Source: Squalus acanthias (taxonomy: Eukaryota). From it: DNA of 64,000 bases. Both the position numbers and the translations under genes were made by a program. Below the pieces are notes generated by a model. The model ran no database searches. It saw only the letters and a program-made list of their open reading frames with translations, and was not told the DNA's origin. Where the stretch lies: contig JASTWF010000034.1 of NCBI GenBank assembly GCA_030390025.1, forward strand, positions 992,001 to 1,056,000. The letters run 5' to 3'. The first letter of the stretch is position 1, and each line of letters opens with the position of its first letter. Below are positions 13,208 through 26,386 of the stretch, in pieces.

Positions 13208-13350
13208 TGAAAACAAAAGCAAAATGCTGCGGATACTGGAAATCTGAAATGAAAACAGAAAATGATGGAAATACTCAGCGGGTCAGGCATCATCTGTGGA
13301 GAGAGAGAGAAACAGAGTTAACGTTTCTGGTCGATGGCCTTTCGCCATTA
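13208..13350 (-). mobile_element. 3' end fragment of a second Penelope-like family with a decayed hammerhead
   Basis: Minus strand has GGCCATCGACCAGAAACGTTAACTCTG (GAAA plus palindromic ACGT); related fragment at 47215-47290. Confidence 0.5.
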
Positions 13351-13564
13351 GCTGAAAAGTCTCCTAAACCAAGACAGCATTCTTCTGACCTGATACAAAT
13401 GTTCAGTGTCGGTAACAGACTGAAATTCGTTAAATAAAGAGTCACCACCAATAAATTTACTTGAGTTGAACATTTGAATCTTGGTAACACGAAATCAGCT
13501 TCAGAATCAACAGCTGACAGCAGCGCGGATGGGATGGGGAACGACAGAGAGAGAAACACAGATA

Positions 13565-14110
13565 ATCATGGGGGGAAAAGTCGGTTGGTTTGCACCTGCC
13601 CTGAGCACCTTCGGGGGGGTGGGGTAACGGGGCGTTAGGCGCTTAGCGCCCGAGCGCGGCTATTTTAGCGCCGCTCATGAAATTGACCAGTCGTTTTGCG
13701 CTGGCACTAAACACTGCCGCCACGATCTCCTGCGCCGACAGATCGTGACATCAGTCGAGCGTGCAATGCCTTGGTAGCACCCCGGACTGAAAATTGAGTC
13801 GCGTGCCCTGCCTCAGCCCCTGCCGCTAGGAACGACACGTAGATGGGGAATGTTTTCAAGTCGGGAAGGGGCTGAGGGAGCGCTATTTAAAGGCGGTTGC
13901 CTCCTGCCGTTTCTTGTCGGCGAAATTTTTGTTACATGCAGGTTGAGAGACGTCTGGAGAGATTCGACGCTCACCGAAGGAGTTTTGGGTCCTGAGCACC
14001 AATTTGGAGGTTTATTTTTATTTCACCTTCCTTCTAACGATATTAAGAAGCTTCGATGGGGGCTGCACTAACTTGAGGCATCGACGTCCAGCTTCACCTT
14101 CGGAGGCATC
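13565..14110. other. CpG-rich unclassified element abutting the 31-bp satellite
   Basis: High CpG density, local palindromes such as GGGCGTTAGGCGCTTAGCGCCC, no convincing ORF; possibly a DNA-transposon end. Confidence 0.35.
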
Positions 14111-14111
14111 C

Positions 14112-17100
14112 GGTCCTGTCTCTTTAAAAAGCCTGTGTGACTGGTCCTGTCTCTTTAAAAAGCCTGTGTGACTGGTCCTGTCTCTTTAAAAAGCCTGTGT
14201 GCAAAAGCCTGTCTCTTCAAAAAGCCTGTGTGACTGGTCCTGTCTCTTCAAAAAGCCTGTGTGAGTGGTTCTGTCAATTTAAAAAGCCTGTGTGACTGGT
14301 CCTGTCTCTTCAAAAAGCCTGTGTGACTGGTCCTGTCTCTTTAAAAAGCCTGTGCGACTGGCCCTGTCTCTTTAAAAAGCCTGGGTGACTGGTCCTGTCT
14401 CTTTAAAAAGCCTGTGTGAATGGTCCTGTCTCTTCAAAAAGCCTGTGTGACTGCTCCTGTATCTCTAGAAAGCCTGCGTGACTGGTCCTGTTTCTTTAAA
14501 AAGCCTGTGTGACTGGTCCTGTCTCTTTAAAAAGCCTGTGTGACTGGTTCTGTCTCTTCAAAAAGCCTGTGTGAGTGGTCATGTCTCTTCAAAAAGACTG
14601 TGTGACTGGTCCTGTTTCTTTAAAAAGCCTGTGTGAATGGTCCTGTCCCTTTAAAAATCCTGTGTGAGTGGCCCTGTCTCTTTAGAAAGCCTGTGTGACT
14701 GGTCCTGTCTCTTTAAAAAGCCAGCGTGAGTGGCCCTTTTTCATTAGAAAGCCTGTGTGAGTGGTCCAGTCTCTTTAAAAGGCCCGTGTGACTGGTCCTG
14801 TCTCTTTAGAAAGCCTGTGTGACTGGTCCTGTCTCTTTAAAAAGCTTGTGTGACTGGTCCTGTCTCTTTAAAAAGCCTGTGTGACTGGTGCTGTCTCTTT
14901 AAAAAGCCTGTGTGACTGGTGCTGTCTCTTTAAAAAGCCTGTGTGGTTGGTCCTGTCTCTTTTAAAAGCCTGTGTGAGTGGTTCTGTCAATTTAGAAAGC
15001 CTGTGTGACTGGTCCTGTCTCTTCAAAAAGCCTGTGTGACTGGTCCTGTCTCTTTAAAAAGCCTGGGTGACTGGTCCTGTTTCTTTAAAAAGCCTGTGTG
15101 AATGGTCCTGTCTCTTCAAAAAGACTGTGTGACTGGTCCTGTTTCTTTAAAAAGCCTATGTGAATGGTCCTGTCTCTTCAAAAAGCCTGGGTGACTGGTC
15201 CTGTCGCTTTAAAAAGCCTGTGTGAATGGTCCTGTCTCTTAAAAAAGACTGTGTGACTGGTCCTGTCTCTTTAAAAAGCCTGTGTGAATGGTCCTGTCTC
15301 TTAAAAAAGACAGTGTGACTGGTCCTGTCTCTTTAAAAAGCCTGGGTGACTGGTCCTGTCTCTTTAAAAAGCCTGTGTGAATGGTCCTGTCTCTTCAAAA
15401 AGCCTGTGTGACTGGTCCTGTCTCTTTAAAAAGCCTGTGTGACTGGTCCTGTCTCTTCAAAAAGCCTGTGTGAGTGGTTCTGTCAATTTAGAAAGCCTGT
15501 GTGACTGGTCCTGTCTCTTCAAAAAGCCTGTGTGACTGGTCCTGTCTCTTTAAAAAGCCTGGGTGACTGCTCCTGTCGCTTTAAAAAGCCTGTGTGAATG
15601 GTCCTGTCTCTTAAAAAAGACTGTGTGACTGGTCCTGTCTCTTCAAAAAGCCTCTGTGACTGGACCTGTCTCTTTAAAAATCCTGTGTGTCTTGTCCTGT
15701 CTCTGTAGAAAGCCTGTGTGACTGCTCCTGTGCTCTTTAAAAAACCTGTGTGACTGGTCCTGTCTCTTTAAAAAGCCAGTGTGACTGGCCCTGTCTCATT
15801 AAAAAGCCTGTGTGATTGGTCCTGTCTCTTTAAAAAGCCTGTGTGACTGGTCCTGTTTCTTTAAAAAGCCTGTGTGACTGATCCTGTCTCTTCAAAAAGC
15901 CTGTGTGACTGGACCTGTCTCTTTAAAAAGCCTGTGTGACTGCCCCTGTCTCTTCAAAAAGCCTGTGTGACTGGGCCTGTCTCTTCAAAAAGCTTGTTGA
16001 CTGATCCTTGCACTTTAAAAAGCCTGTGTGACTGGTCCTGTCTCTTTAAAAATCCTGTGTGGTTGGTCCTGTCTCTCTAAAAAGCCTGTGTGACTCGTCC
16101 TGTGTCTTTAAGAAGCCTGTGTGACTGGTCCTGTCTCTTTAAAGTCAGTGTGACTGGCCCTGTCTCTCTATTAAGCCTGTGTGACTGGACCTCTCTCTCT
16201 AAAAAACCTGTGTGACTTGTCCTGTCTCTTTAAAAAGCCTGTGTGATTGGTCCTGTCTCTTTACAAAGCCTGTGTGACTGGTCCTGTCGCACCAAAATGA
16301 CTGCGTGACTGGTCCTGTCTCTTTAAAAAGCCTGTGTGGCTGGTCCTGTTTCTTTAAAAAGCCTGTCTGACTGGTCCTGTCTCTTCAAAAAGCCTATGTG
16401 AATGGTCCGGTCTCTTCAAAAAGCCTGTGTGACTGGTCCTGTCTCTTTAAAAAGCCTGTGTGACTGATCCTGTCTCTTCAAAAAGCCTGTGTGACTGGTC
16501 CTGTCTCTTTAAAAAGCCTGTTTGACTGGACCTGTCACTTTAAAAAGCCTGTGTGAATGGTCCTGTCTCTTCAAAAAGCCTGTGTGACTGGTCCGGTCTC
16601 TTCAAAAAGGCCTGTGTGACTGGTCCTGTCTCTTTAAAAAGCCTGTGTGACTGATCCTGTCTCTTCAAAAAGCCTGTGTGACTGGTCCTGTCTCTTTAAA
16701 AAGCCTGTTTGACTGGACCTGTCACTTTAAAAAGCCTGTGTGAATGGTCCTGTCTCTTCAAAAAGCCTGTGTGACTGGTCCTGTCTCTTCGAGAAGCCTG
16801 TGTGAGTGTCCCTGTCTCTTTAGAAAGCCTGTCTGACTGGCCCTGTCTCTTTAGAAAGCCTGTGTGACTGGTCCTGCCTCAATCGAAAGCGTGTGTGACT
16901 GGTCCTGTCTCTTTAAAAAGCCTGTGTGACTGGCCCTGTCTCTTTAAAAAGCCTGTGTGACTGCCCTGTCTCTCTAAAAAGCCTGTGTGACTGGTCCTGT
17001 CTCTTTAAAAAGCCTGTGTGACTGGTCCTGTCTCTCTAAAAGACCGTTGTGACTGGACCAGTCTCTTTAAAACGCCTGTGTGACTGGTCCTGTATCTTTA

Positions 17101-20100
17101 GAAAGCCTGTGTGACTGGTCCTGTCTCTTTAAAAAGCCTGTGTGACTAGTCCTGCTTCTTTAAAAAGCCTGTGTGACTGGTCCTGCTTCTTTAAAAAGCC
17201 TGTGTGACTGGTTCTGTCTCTTCAAAAAGCCTGTGTGACTGGTCCTGTCTCTTTAGAAAGCCTGCGTGACTGATCCTTGCTCTTTAAAAAGCCTGTGTGA
17301 CTGGTCCTGTCTCTTTTAAAAGCCTGTGTGACTGGTGCTGTCTCATTAAAAAGCCTGTGTGACTGGTCCTGTCTCTTTAAAAAGCCTGTGTGACTCGTCC
17401 TGTCTCTTTAAAAAGCCTGTGTGAGTGGTTCTGTCAATTTAGAAAGCCTGTGTGACTGGTCCTGTCTCTTCAAAAAGCCTGTGTAACTGGTCCTGTCTCT
17501 TTAAAAAGCCTGGGTGACTGGTCCTGTTTCTTTAAAAAGCCTGTGTGAATGGTCCTGTCTCTTCAAAAAGACTGTGTGACTGGTCCTGTTTCTTTAAAAA
17601 GCCTATGTGAATGGTCCTGTCTCTTCAAAAAGCCTGGGTGACTGGTCCTGTCGTTTTAAAAAGCCTGTGTGAATGGTCCTGTCTCTTAAAAAAGACTGTG
17701 TGACTGGTCCTGTCTCTTTAAAAAGCCTGGGTGACTGGTCCTGTCTCTTTAAAAAGCCTGTGTGACTGGTCCTGTCTCTTCAAAAAGCCTGTGTGACTGG
17801 TCCTGTTTCTTTAAAAAGCCTGTGTGAATGGTCCTGTCTCTTCAAAAGACTGTGTGACTGGTCCTGTTTCTTTAAAAAGCCTGTGTGAATGGTCCTGTCT
17901 CTTCAAAAAGCCTGTGTGAGTGGTTCTGTCAATTTAGAAAGCCTGTGTGAATGGTCCTGTCTCTTAAAAAAGACTGTGTTACTGGTCCTGTCTCTTTAAA
18001 AAGCCTGTGTGACTGGTCCTGGCTCTTCAAAAAGCCTGTGTGACTGGTCCTGTCTCTTTAAAATGCCTATGTGACTGGTCCTGTCTCTTCAAAAAGCCTC
18101 TGTGACTGGACCTGTCTCTTTAAAAATCCTGTGTGTCTTGTCATGTCTCTGTAGAAAGCCTGTGTGACTGCTCCTGTGTCTTTAAAAAACCTTTTGTGAC
18201 TGGTCCTGTCTCTTTAAAAAGCCAGTGTGAGTGGCCCTGTTTCATTAAAAAGCCTGTGTGATTGGTCCTGTCTCTTTAAAAAGCCTGTGTGACTGGTCCT
18301 GTTTCTTTAAAAAGCCTGTGTGACTGATCCTGTCTCTTCAAAAAGCCTGTGTGACTGGACCTGTCTCTTTAAAAAGCCTGTGTGACTGCCCCTGTCTCTT
18401 CAAAAAGCCTGTGTGACTGGGCCTGTCTCTTCAAAAAGCTTGTTGACTGATCCTTGCACTTTAAAAAGCCTGTGTGACTGGTCCTGTCTCTTTAAAAATC
18501 CTGTGTGGTTGGTCCTGTCTCTCTAAAAAGCCTGTGTGACTCGTCCTGTGTCTTTAAGAAGCCTGTGTGACTGGTCCTGTCTCTTTAAAGTCAGTGTGAC
18601 TGGCCCTGTCTCTCTATTAAGCCTGTGTGACTGGACCTATCTCTCTAAAAAACCTGTGTGACTGGTCCTGTCTCTTTAAAAAGCCTGTGTGATTGGTCCT
18701 GTCTCTTTACAAAGCCTGTGTGACTGGTCCTGTCGCACCAAAATGACTGCGTGACTGGTCCTGTCTCTTTAAAAAGCCTGTGTGACTGGACCTGTCTCTT
18801 TAAAAAGCCTGTGTGACTGCCCCTGTCTCTTCAAAAAGCCTATGTGAATGGTCCGGTCTCTTCAAAAAGCCTGTGTGACTGGTCCTGTCTCTTTAAAAAG
18901 CCTGTGTGACTGATCCTGTCTCTTCAAAAAGCCTGTGTGACTGGTCCTGTCTCTTTAAAAAGCCTGTTTGACTGGACCTGTCACTTTAAAAAGCCTGTGT
19001 GAATGGTCCTGTCTCTTCAAAAAGCCTGTGTGACTGGTCCTGTCTCTTCGAGAAGCCTGTGTGAGTGTCCCTGTCTCTTTAGAAAGCCTGTCTGACTGGC
19101 CCTGTCTCTTTAGAAAGCCTGTGTGACTGGTCCTGCCTCAATCGAAAGCGTGTGTGACTGGTCCTGTCTCTTTAAAAAGCCTGTGTGACTGGCCCTGTCT
19201 CTTTAAAAAGCCTGTGTGACTGCCCTGTCTCTCTAAAAAGCCTGTGTGACTGGTCCTGTCTCTTTAAAAAGCCTGTGTGACTGGACCAGTCTCTTTAAAA
19301 CGCCTGTGTGACTGGTCCTGTCTCTTTAGAAAGCCTGTGTGACTGGTCCTGTCTCTTTAAAAAGCCTGTGTGACTCGTCCTGTCTCTTTAAAAAGCCTGT
19401 GTGACTGGTCCTGCTTCTTTAAAAAGCCTGTGTGACTGGTCCTGTCTCTTTAAAAATCCTGTGTGACTGATACTGTCTCTTTAGAAAGCCTGCGTGACTG
19501 ATCCTTGCTCTTTAAAAAGCCTGTGTGACTGGTCCTGTCTCTTTTAAAAGCCTGTGTGACTGGTGCTGTCTCATTAAAAAGCCTGTGTGACTGGTCCTGT
19601 CTCTTTAAAAAGCCTGTGTGACTCGTCCTGTCTCTTTAAAAAGCCTGTGTGACTGGTCCTATCTCTTTAAAAAGCCTGTGTGACTGGTCCTGTCTTTTTA
19701 AAAAGCCTGTGTGACTGGTCCTGTCTCTTTAAAAAGCCTGTGTGACTGGTCCTGTCTTTTTAAAAAGCCTGTGTGACTGGTCCTGTCTTTTTAAAAAGCC
19801 TGTGTGACTGGTCCTGTCTCTTCAAAAAGCCTGTGTGACTGGTCCTGTCTGTTTAAAAAGCCTGCGTGACTGGTCCTGTCTCTTTAAAAAGCCTGTGTGA
19901 CTGGTCCTGTCTCTTCAAAAATCCTGTGTGAGTGGCCCTGTCTCTTTAGAAAGCCTGTGTAACTGGTCACGTCTCTTTAAAAAAACTGTGTGACTGGACC
20001 TGTCTCTTCAAAAAGCCTGTGTGTGTGGTCCTGTCTCTTTAAAAAGCCTGTGTGACTGGTCCTGTCTCTTTAACAAGCCTGTGTGACTGGTCCTGTCTCT

Positions 20101-23100
20101 TTAAAAAGCCTGTGTGACTGGTCCTGTCCCTTTAAAAATCCTGCGTGACTGGTCCTGTCTCTCTAAAAAGCCGTTGTGACTGGACCTGTCTCTTTAAAAA
20201 GCCTGTGTGACTGGTCCTGTCTCTTTAAAAGCCTGTGTGACTGGCCCTGTCTCTTTTAAAAGCCTGTGTGACTGGCCTGTCTCTCTAAAAAGCCTGTGTG
20301 ACTGGTGCTGTCTCTTTAAAAAGCCTGTGTGTTTGGTCCTGTCTCTTTAAAAAGCCTGTGTGACTGGTCCTGTCTCTTTAAAAAGCCTGGGTGACTGGAC
20401 CTGTCTCTTTAAAAAGCCTGGGTGACTGGTCCTGTCTCTGCAAAAAGCCTGTGTGACTGGTCCTGTCTCTTTAAAAAGCCTGGGTGACTGGACCTGTCTC
20501 TTAAAATAGCCTGTGTGACTGGTCCTGTCTCTTTAAAAAGCCTGGGTGACTGGTCCTGTCTCTGCAAAAAGCCTGTGTGAATGGCCCTGTTTCTTTAAAA
20601 AGCCTGTGTGACTGGACCTGTCTCTTTAAAAAGCCCGTGTGACTGGTCTTGTCTCTTCAAAAAGCCTGTGTGACTGGTCCTGTCTCTTTAAAAAGCCTGT
20701 GTACTGGTCCTGTCTCTTCAAAAAGACTGTGTGTCTTGTCATGTCTCTATAGAAAGCCTGTGTGACTGGTCCTGTCTCTTTAAAAAGCCTGTGTCACTGG
20801 TCCTGTCTCTTTAAAAAGCCTGTGTGACTGGCCCTGTCTCTTTAAAAAGCCTGTCTGAGCGGCCCTGTCTCTTCAGAAAGCCTGTGTGACTGGTCCTGTC
20901 TATATAGAAAGCGTGTGTGACTGGTCCTGTCCCTTTAAAAAGCCTTTTGTGACTGGTCCTGTCTCTTTAAAAAGCCTGTGTGAGTGGCCCTGTCGCTTCA
21001 AAAAGACTGTGTGACTGATCCTGTCTCATCAAAAAGCCTGTGTGACTGGCCCTGTCTCTTTTAAAAGTCTGTGTGACTCGCCCTGTCTCTCCAAAAAGCC
21101 TGAGTGACTGGTGCTGTCTCATTAAAAAGCCTGTGTGACTGGTCCTGTCTCTTTAAAAAGCCTGTGTGACTCGTCCTGTCTCATCAAAAAGCCTGTGTGA
21201 CTGGTCCTATCTCTTTAAAAAGCCTGTGTGACTGGTCCTGTCTTTTTAAAAAGCCTGTGTGACTGGTCCTGTCTCTTCAAAAAGCCTGTGTGACTGGTCC
21301 TGTCTCTTTAAAAAGCCTGCGTGACTGGTCCTGTCTCTTTAAAAAGCCTGTGTGACTGGTCCTGTCTCTTCAAAAATCCTGTGTGAGTGGCCCTGTCTCT
21401 TTAGAAAGCCTGTGTAACTGGTCATGTCTCTTTAAAAAACCTGTGTGACTGGACCTGTCTCTTCAAAAAGCCTGTGTGAGTGGTCCTGTCTCTTTAAAAA
21501 GCCTGTGTGACTGGTCCTGTCTCTTTAACAAGCCTGTGTGACTGGTCCTGTCTCTTTAAAAGCCAGTGTGACTGGTCCTGTCTCTTTAAAAAGCCTGTGT
21601 GACTGGTCCTGTCCCTTTAAAAATCCTGCGTGACTGGTCCTGTCTCTTTAAAAAGCCTGTGTGACTGGCCCTGTCCCTTTAAAAAGCCGTTGTGACTGAC
21701 CCTGTCTCTTTAGAAAGCCTGTGTGACTGGTCCTGGCTCTTTAAAAAGCCTGTGTGACTGGCCCTGTCTCTTTTAAAAGCCTGTGTGACTGGTCCTGTCT
21801 CTTTAAAAAGCCTGTGTGAATGGTCCTGTCTCTATAGAAAGCATGTGTGACTGGTCCTGTCCCTTTAAAAAGCCTTTTGTGACTGGTCCTGTCTCTTGAA
21901 AAAGCCTGTGTGACTGGTCCTGTCTCTTTAAAAAGCATGTGTGACTGGTCCTGTCTCTCTAAAAAGCCGTTGTGACTGGTGCTGTCTCTTTTAAAAGCCT
22001 GTGTGACTGGCCCTGTCTCTTTTAAAAGCCTGTGTGACTGGCCTGTCTCTCTAAAAAGCCTGTGTGACTGGTGCTGTCTCTTTAAAAAGCCTGTGTGTTT
22101 GGTCCTGTCTCATTAAAAAGCCTGTGTGACTGGTCCTGTCTCTTTACAAAGCCTGGGTGACTGGACCTGTCTCTTTAAAAAGCCTGGGTGACTGGTCCTG
22201 TCTCTGCAAAAAGCCTGTGTGACTGGTCCTGTCTCTTTAAAAAGCCTGGGTGACTGGACCTGTCTCTTAAAATAGCCTGTGTGACTGGTCCTGTCTCTTT
22301 AAAAAGCCTGGGTGACTGGTCCTGTCTCTGCAAAAAGCCTGTGTGAATGGTCCTGTTTCTTTAAAAAGCCTGTGTGACTGGACCTGTCTCTTTAAAAAGC
22401 CCGTGTGACTGGTCTTGTCTCTTCAAAAAGCCTGTGTGACTGGTCCTGTCTCTTTAAAAAGCCTGTGTACTGGTCCGGTCTCTTCAAAAAGACTGTGTGT
22501 CTTGTCATGTCTCTATAGAAAGCCTGTGTGACTGGTCCTGTCTCTTTAAAAAGCCTGTGTCACTGGTCCTGTCTCTTTAAAAAGCCTGTGTGACTGGCCC
22601 TGTCCCTTTAAAAAGCCGTTGTGACTGGCCCTGTCTCTTTAAAAAGCCTGTGTGACTGGCCCTGTCCCTTTAAAAAGCCGTTGTGACTGGCCCTGTCTCT
22701 TTAGAAAGCATGTGTGACTGGTCCTGGCTCTTTAAAAAGCCTGTGTGACTGGCCCTGTCTCTTTTAAAAGCCTGTGTGACTGGTCCTGTCTCTTTAAAAA
22801 GCCTGTGTGAATGGTCCTGTCTCTTTAGAAAGCCTGTGTGACTGGTCCTGTCTCTTTTAAAAGCCTGTGTGACTGCCCTGTCTCTCGAAAAAGCCTGTGT
22901 GACTGGTGCTGTCTCTCTAAAAGACCGTTGTGACTGGACCTGTCTATTTAAAAAGCCTGTGTGAATGGTCCTTTCTCTTCAAAAAGCCTGTGTGACTGGT
23001 CCTGCATCTTCAGAAAGCCGGCGTGAATTGTCCTGTTTCTTGAATAAGCCTGTGCGAATGGTCCTGTCTCTTCAAAAAGCTTGTGTGAATGGTCCTGTCT

Positions 23101-25796
23101 CTTTAAAAAGCCTGTGTGACTGGTCCTGTCTCTTTAAAAAGCCTGTGTGACTGGTCCTGTCTCTTTAAAAAGCCTGTGTGAATGGTCCTGCCTCTTCAAA
23201 AAGCCTCTGTGACTGGTCCTGCTTTTTTAAAAAGCCTGTGTGACTGGTCCTGTCTCTTTAAGAAGCCTGTGTTACTCGTCCTGTCTCTTTAAAAAGCCTG
23301 TGTGACTGGTCCTGTCTCTTTAAAAAGCCTGGGTGACTGGTGCTGTCTCTTTTAAAAGCCTGTGTGAATGGTCCTGTCTCTTTAAAAAGCCTGTGTGACT
23401 GGTCCTGTCTCTTTAAAAAGCCTGGGTGACTGGACCTGTCTCTTTAAAAAGCCTGGGTGACTGGTCCTGTCTCTGCAAAAAGCCTGTGTGACTGGTCCTG
23501 TCTCTTTAAAAAGCCTGGGTGACTGGACCTGTCTCTTCAAAAAGCCTGTGTGACTGGTCCTGTCTCTTTAAAAAGCCTGTGTACTGGTCCTGTCTCTTTA
23601 AAAAGCCTGTGTGACTGGCCCTGTCTCTTTAAAAAGCCTGTCTGAGAGGCCCTGTCTCTTCAGAAAGCCTGTGTGACTGGTCCTGTCTATATAGAAAGCG
23701 TGTGTGACTGGTCCTGTCCCTTTAAAAAGCCTTTTGTGACTGGTCCTGTCTCTTTAAAAAGCCTGTGTGAGTGGCCCTGTCGCTTCAAAAAGACTGTGTG
23801 ACTGATCCTGTCTCATCAAAAAGCCTGTGTGACTGGCCCTGTCTCTTTTAAAAGTCTGTGTGACTGGCCCTGTCTCTCCAAAAAGCCTGAGTGACTGGTG
23901 CTGTCTCATTAAAAAGCCTGTGTGACTGGCCCTGTCTCTTTTAAAAGTCTATGTGACTGGCCCTGTCTCTCCAAAAAGCCTGTGTGACTGGTCCTGTCTC
24001 ATCAAAAAGCCTGTGTGAGTGGTCCTGTCTCTTCAAAAAGCCTGTGTGACTGGTCCTGTCTCTTTAAAAAGCCTGTGTAACTGGTCCTGTCTCTTCAAAA
24101 AGCCTGTGTGACTGGTCCTGTCTCTTCAAAAAGCCTGTGTGACTGGTCCTGTCTCTCTAGAAAGCCGTTGTGACTGGACCTGTCTCTCTGAAAAGCCTGT
24201 GTGGCTGGTCCTGTCTCTTTAAAAAGCCTGTGTGACTGGTCCTGTCTCTTTAAAAAGCCTGTGTGACTGGTCCTGTCTCTGTAAAAAGCCGGTGTGACTG
24301 GTCCTGTCTCTTTAAAAAGCCTGTGTGACTGGTCCTGTCTCTTCAAAAAGCCTGTGTGACGGGCCCTGTCTCATAAGAAAGCCTGTGTGACTGGTCCTTG
24401 CTCATTAAAAAGGCTGCATGACTGGACCTGTCTCTTTAACAAGCCTGTGTGACTGGTCCTGTCTCTTCAAAAGCCTGTGTGACTGGTCCTGTCTTTTTAA
24501 CAGCCTGTGTGAATTGTCCTGTCTTTTTAAAAAGCCTGTGTGACTGGTCCTGTGTCTTCAAAAAGCCTGTGTGACGGGCCCTGTCTCTTTAAAAAGCCTG
24601 TGTGACTGGTCCAGTCTCTTTAAAAGCCAGTGTGACTGGTCCTGTCTCTTTGAAAAGCATGTGTGACTGGTCCTGTCCCTTTAAAAATCCTGCGTGACTG
24701 GTCCTGTCTCTTTAAAAAGCCTGTGTGACTGGCCCTGTCCCTTTAAAAAGCCGTTGTGACTGGCCCTGTCTCTTTAGAAAGCATGTGTGACTGGTCCTGG
24801 CTCTTTTAAAAGCCTGTGTGACTGGCCCTGTCTCTTTTAAAAGCCTGTGTGACTGGTCCTGTCTCTTTAAAAAGCCTGTGTGAATGGTCCTGTCTCTTTA
24901 GAAAGCCTGTGTGACTGGTCCTGTCTCTATAGAAAGCGTGTGTGACTGGTCCTGTCCCTTTAAAAAGCCTTTTGTGACTGGTCCTGTCTCTTTAAAAATC
25001 CTGTGTGACTGGTCCTGTCTCTTTAGAAAGCCTGTGTGACTGGTCCTGGCTCTTTTAAAAGCCTGTATGACTGCCCTGTCTCTCGAAAAAGCCTCTGTGA
25101 CTGGTGCTGTCTCTCTAAAAGACCGTTGTGACTGGACCTGTCTCTTTAAAAAGCCTGTGTGAATGGTCCTTTCTCTTCAAAAAGCCTGTAGTGACTGGTC
25201 CTGCATCTTCAGAAAGCCGGCTTGACTTGTCCTGTTTCTTGAATAAGCCTGTGCGAATGGTCCTGTCTCTTCAAAAAGCCTGTGTGACTGGTCCTGTCTC
25301 TTTAAAAAGCCTGTGTGAATGGTCCTGCCTCTTCAAAAAGCCTCTGTGACTGGTCCTGCTTTTTTAAAAAGCCTGTGTGACTGGTCCTGTCTCTTTAAGA
25401 AGCCTGTGTTACTCGTCCTGTCTCTTTAAAAAGCCTGTGTGACTGGTCCTGTCTCTTTAAAAAGCCTGGGTGACTGGTGCTGTCTCTTTTAAAAGCCTGT
25501 GTGAATGGTCCTGTCTCTATAAAAAGCCTGTGTGACTGGTCCTGTCTCTTTAGAAAGCCTGTGTGACTGCTCCTGTCTCTTTAGAAAGCCTGTGTGACTG
25601 GTCCTGTCTCTTTAGAAAGCCTGTGTGACTGGTCCTGTCTCTTCAAAAAGCCTGTGTGACTGATCCTGTCTCTTCAAAATGCCTGTGTGACTGATCCTGT
25701 CTCTTTTAAAAGCCTGTGTGACTGGTCCTGTCTCTTTAAAAAGCCTGTGTGACTGGTCCTGTCTCTCTAAAAAGCCTGCGTGACTGGTCCTGTCTC
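14112..25796 (+). repeat. 31-bp satellite (AAAAAGCCTGTGTGACTGGTCCTGTCTCTTT), left arm, intronic
   Basis: Direct periodicity (GCCTG at 14131 and 14162) over about 11.7 kb. Confidence 0.98.
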
Positions 25797-26386
25797 CAGA
25801 GGTGCTGTGAGGTGCTGTGAGTATTTGAACTCACTTTCGCGGGCTTTTCTTCACAGGCTGTTGTCGGGAGCGAGGAGACCTGAGGTGCTGTGAGTATTTG
25901 AACTCACTTTCGCGGGCTTTTCTTCACAGGCTGTTGTCGGGAGCGACGAGACCGGAAGCGGACCAGGTGGGAAGCACCCAGGTGAACGGCATTTAAGGAG
26001 GGTGGTGGCTTAAACCCGAGAACCCCCACCCGCCCTCCTCCTCTAACCTACTAGTCTTTTAGCAGTCTAAAAACAGAGGTCACAAATTTTTTGGTCTCAG
26101 TTTCTTTTCAGCAGGGCAGGACGGTTACCGGGAGGAGCGGGAAGTCGGCGTAGGACCAAGGGGACACAAGACCGGGAAGTCAGCGAAAGACCAGGGAGGT
26201 AAGACTAACTGGTAAGTACTTTCCTCAAACCTTCCTAGAAAGTAAAACTAAAACTAGTGGGATTTGGTTAGTTTAAAAAGGAATAAGAGGAGTACAGTAT
26301 ACATTGGTCTAAGTAAGCTTCGGGAAAACAAAAGTCAATAAATAAACTAAAACTAGAAAATTAAAAAGTAATATAAGGGTTAAGTC

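Noticed and set aside
13310..13350. Third functional hammerhead
   Set aside because: The CUGANGA box is degenerate here and absent from the related fragment at 47215-47290.
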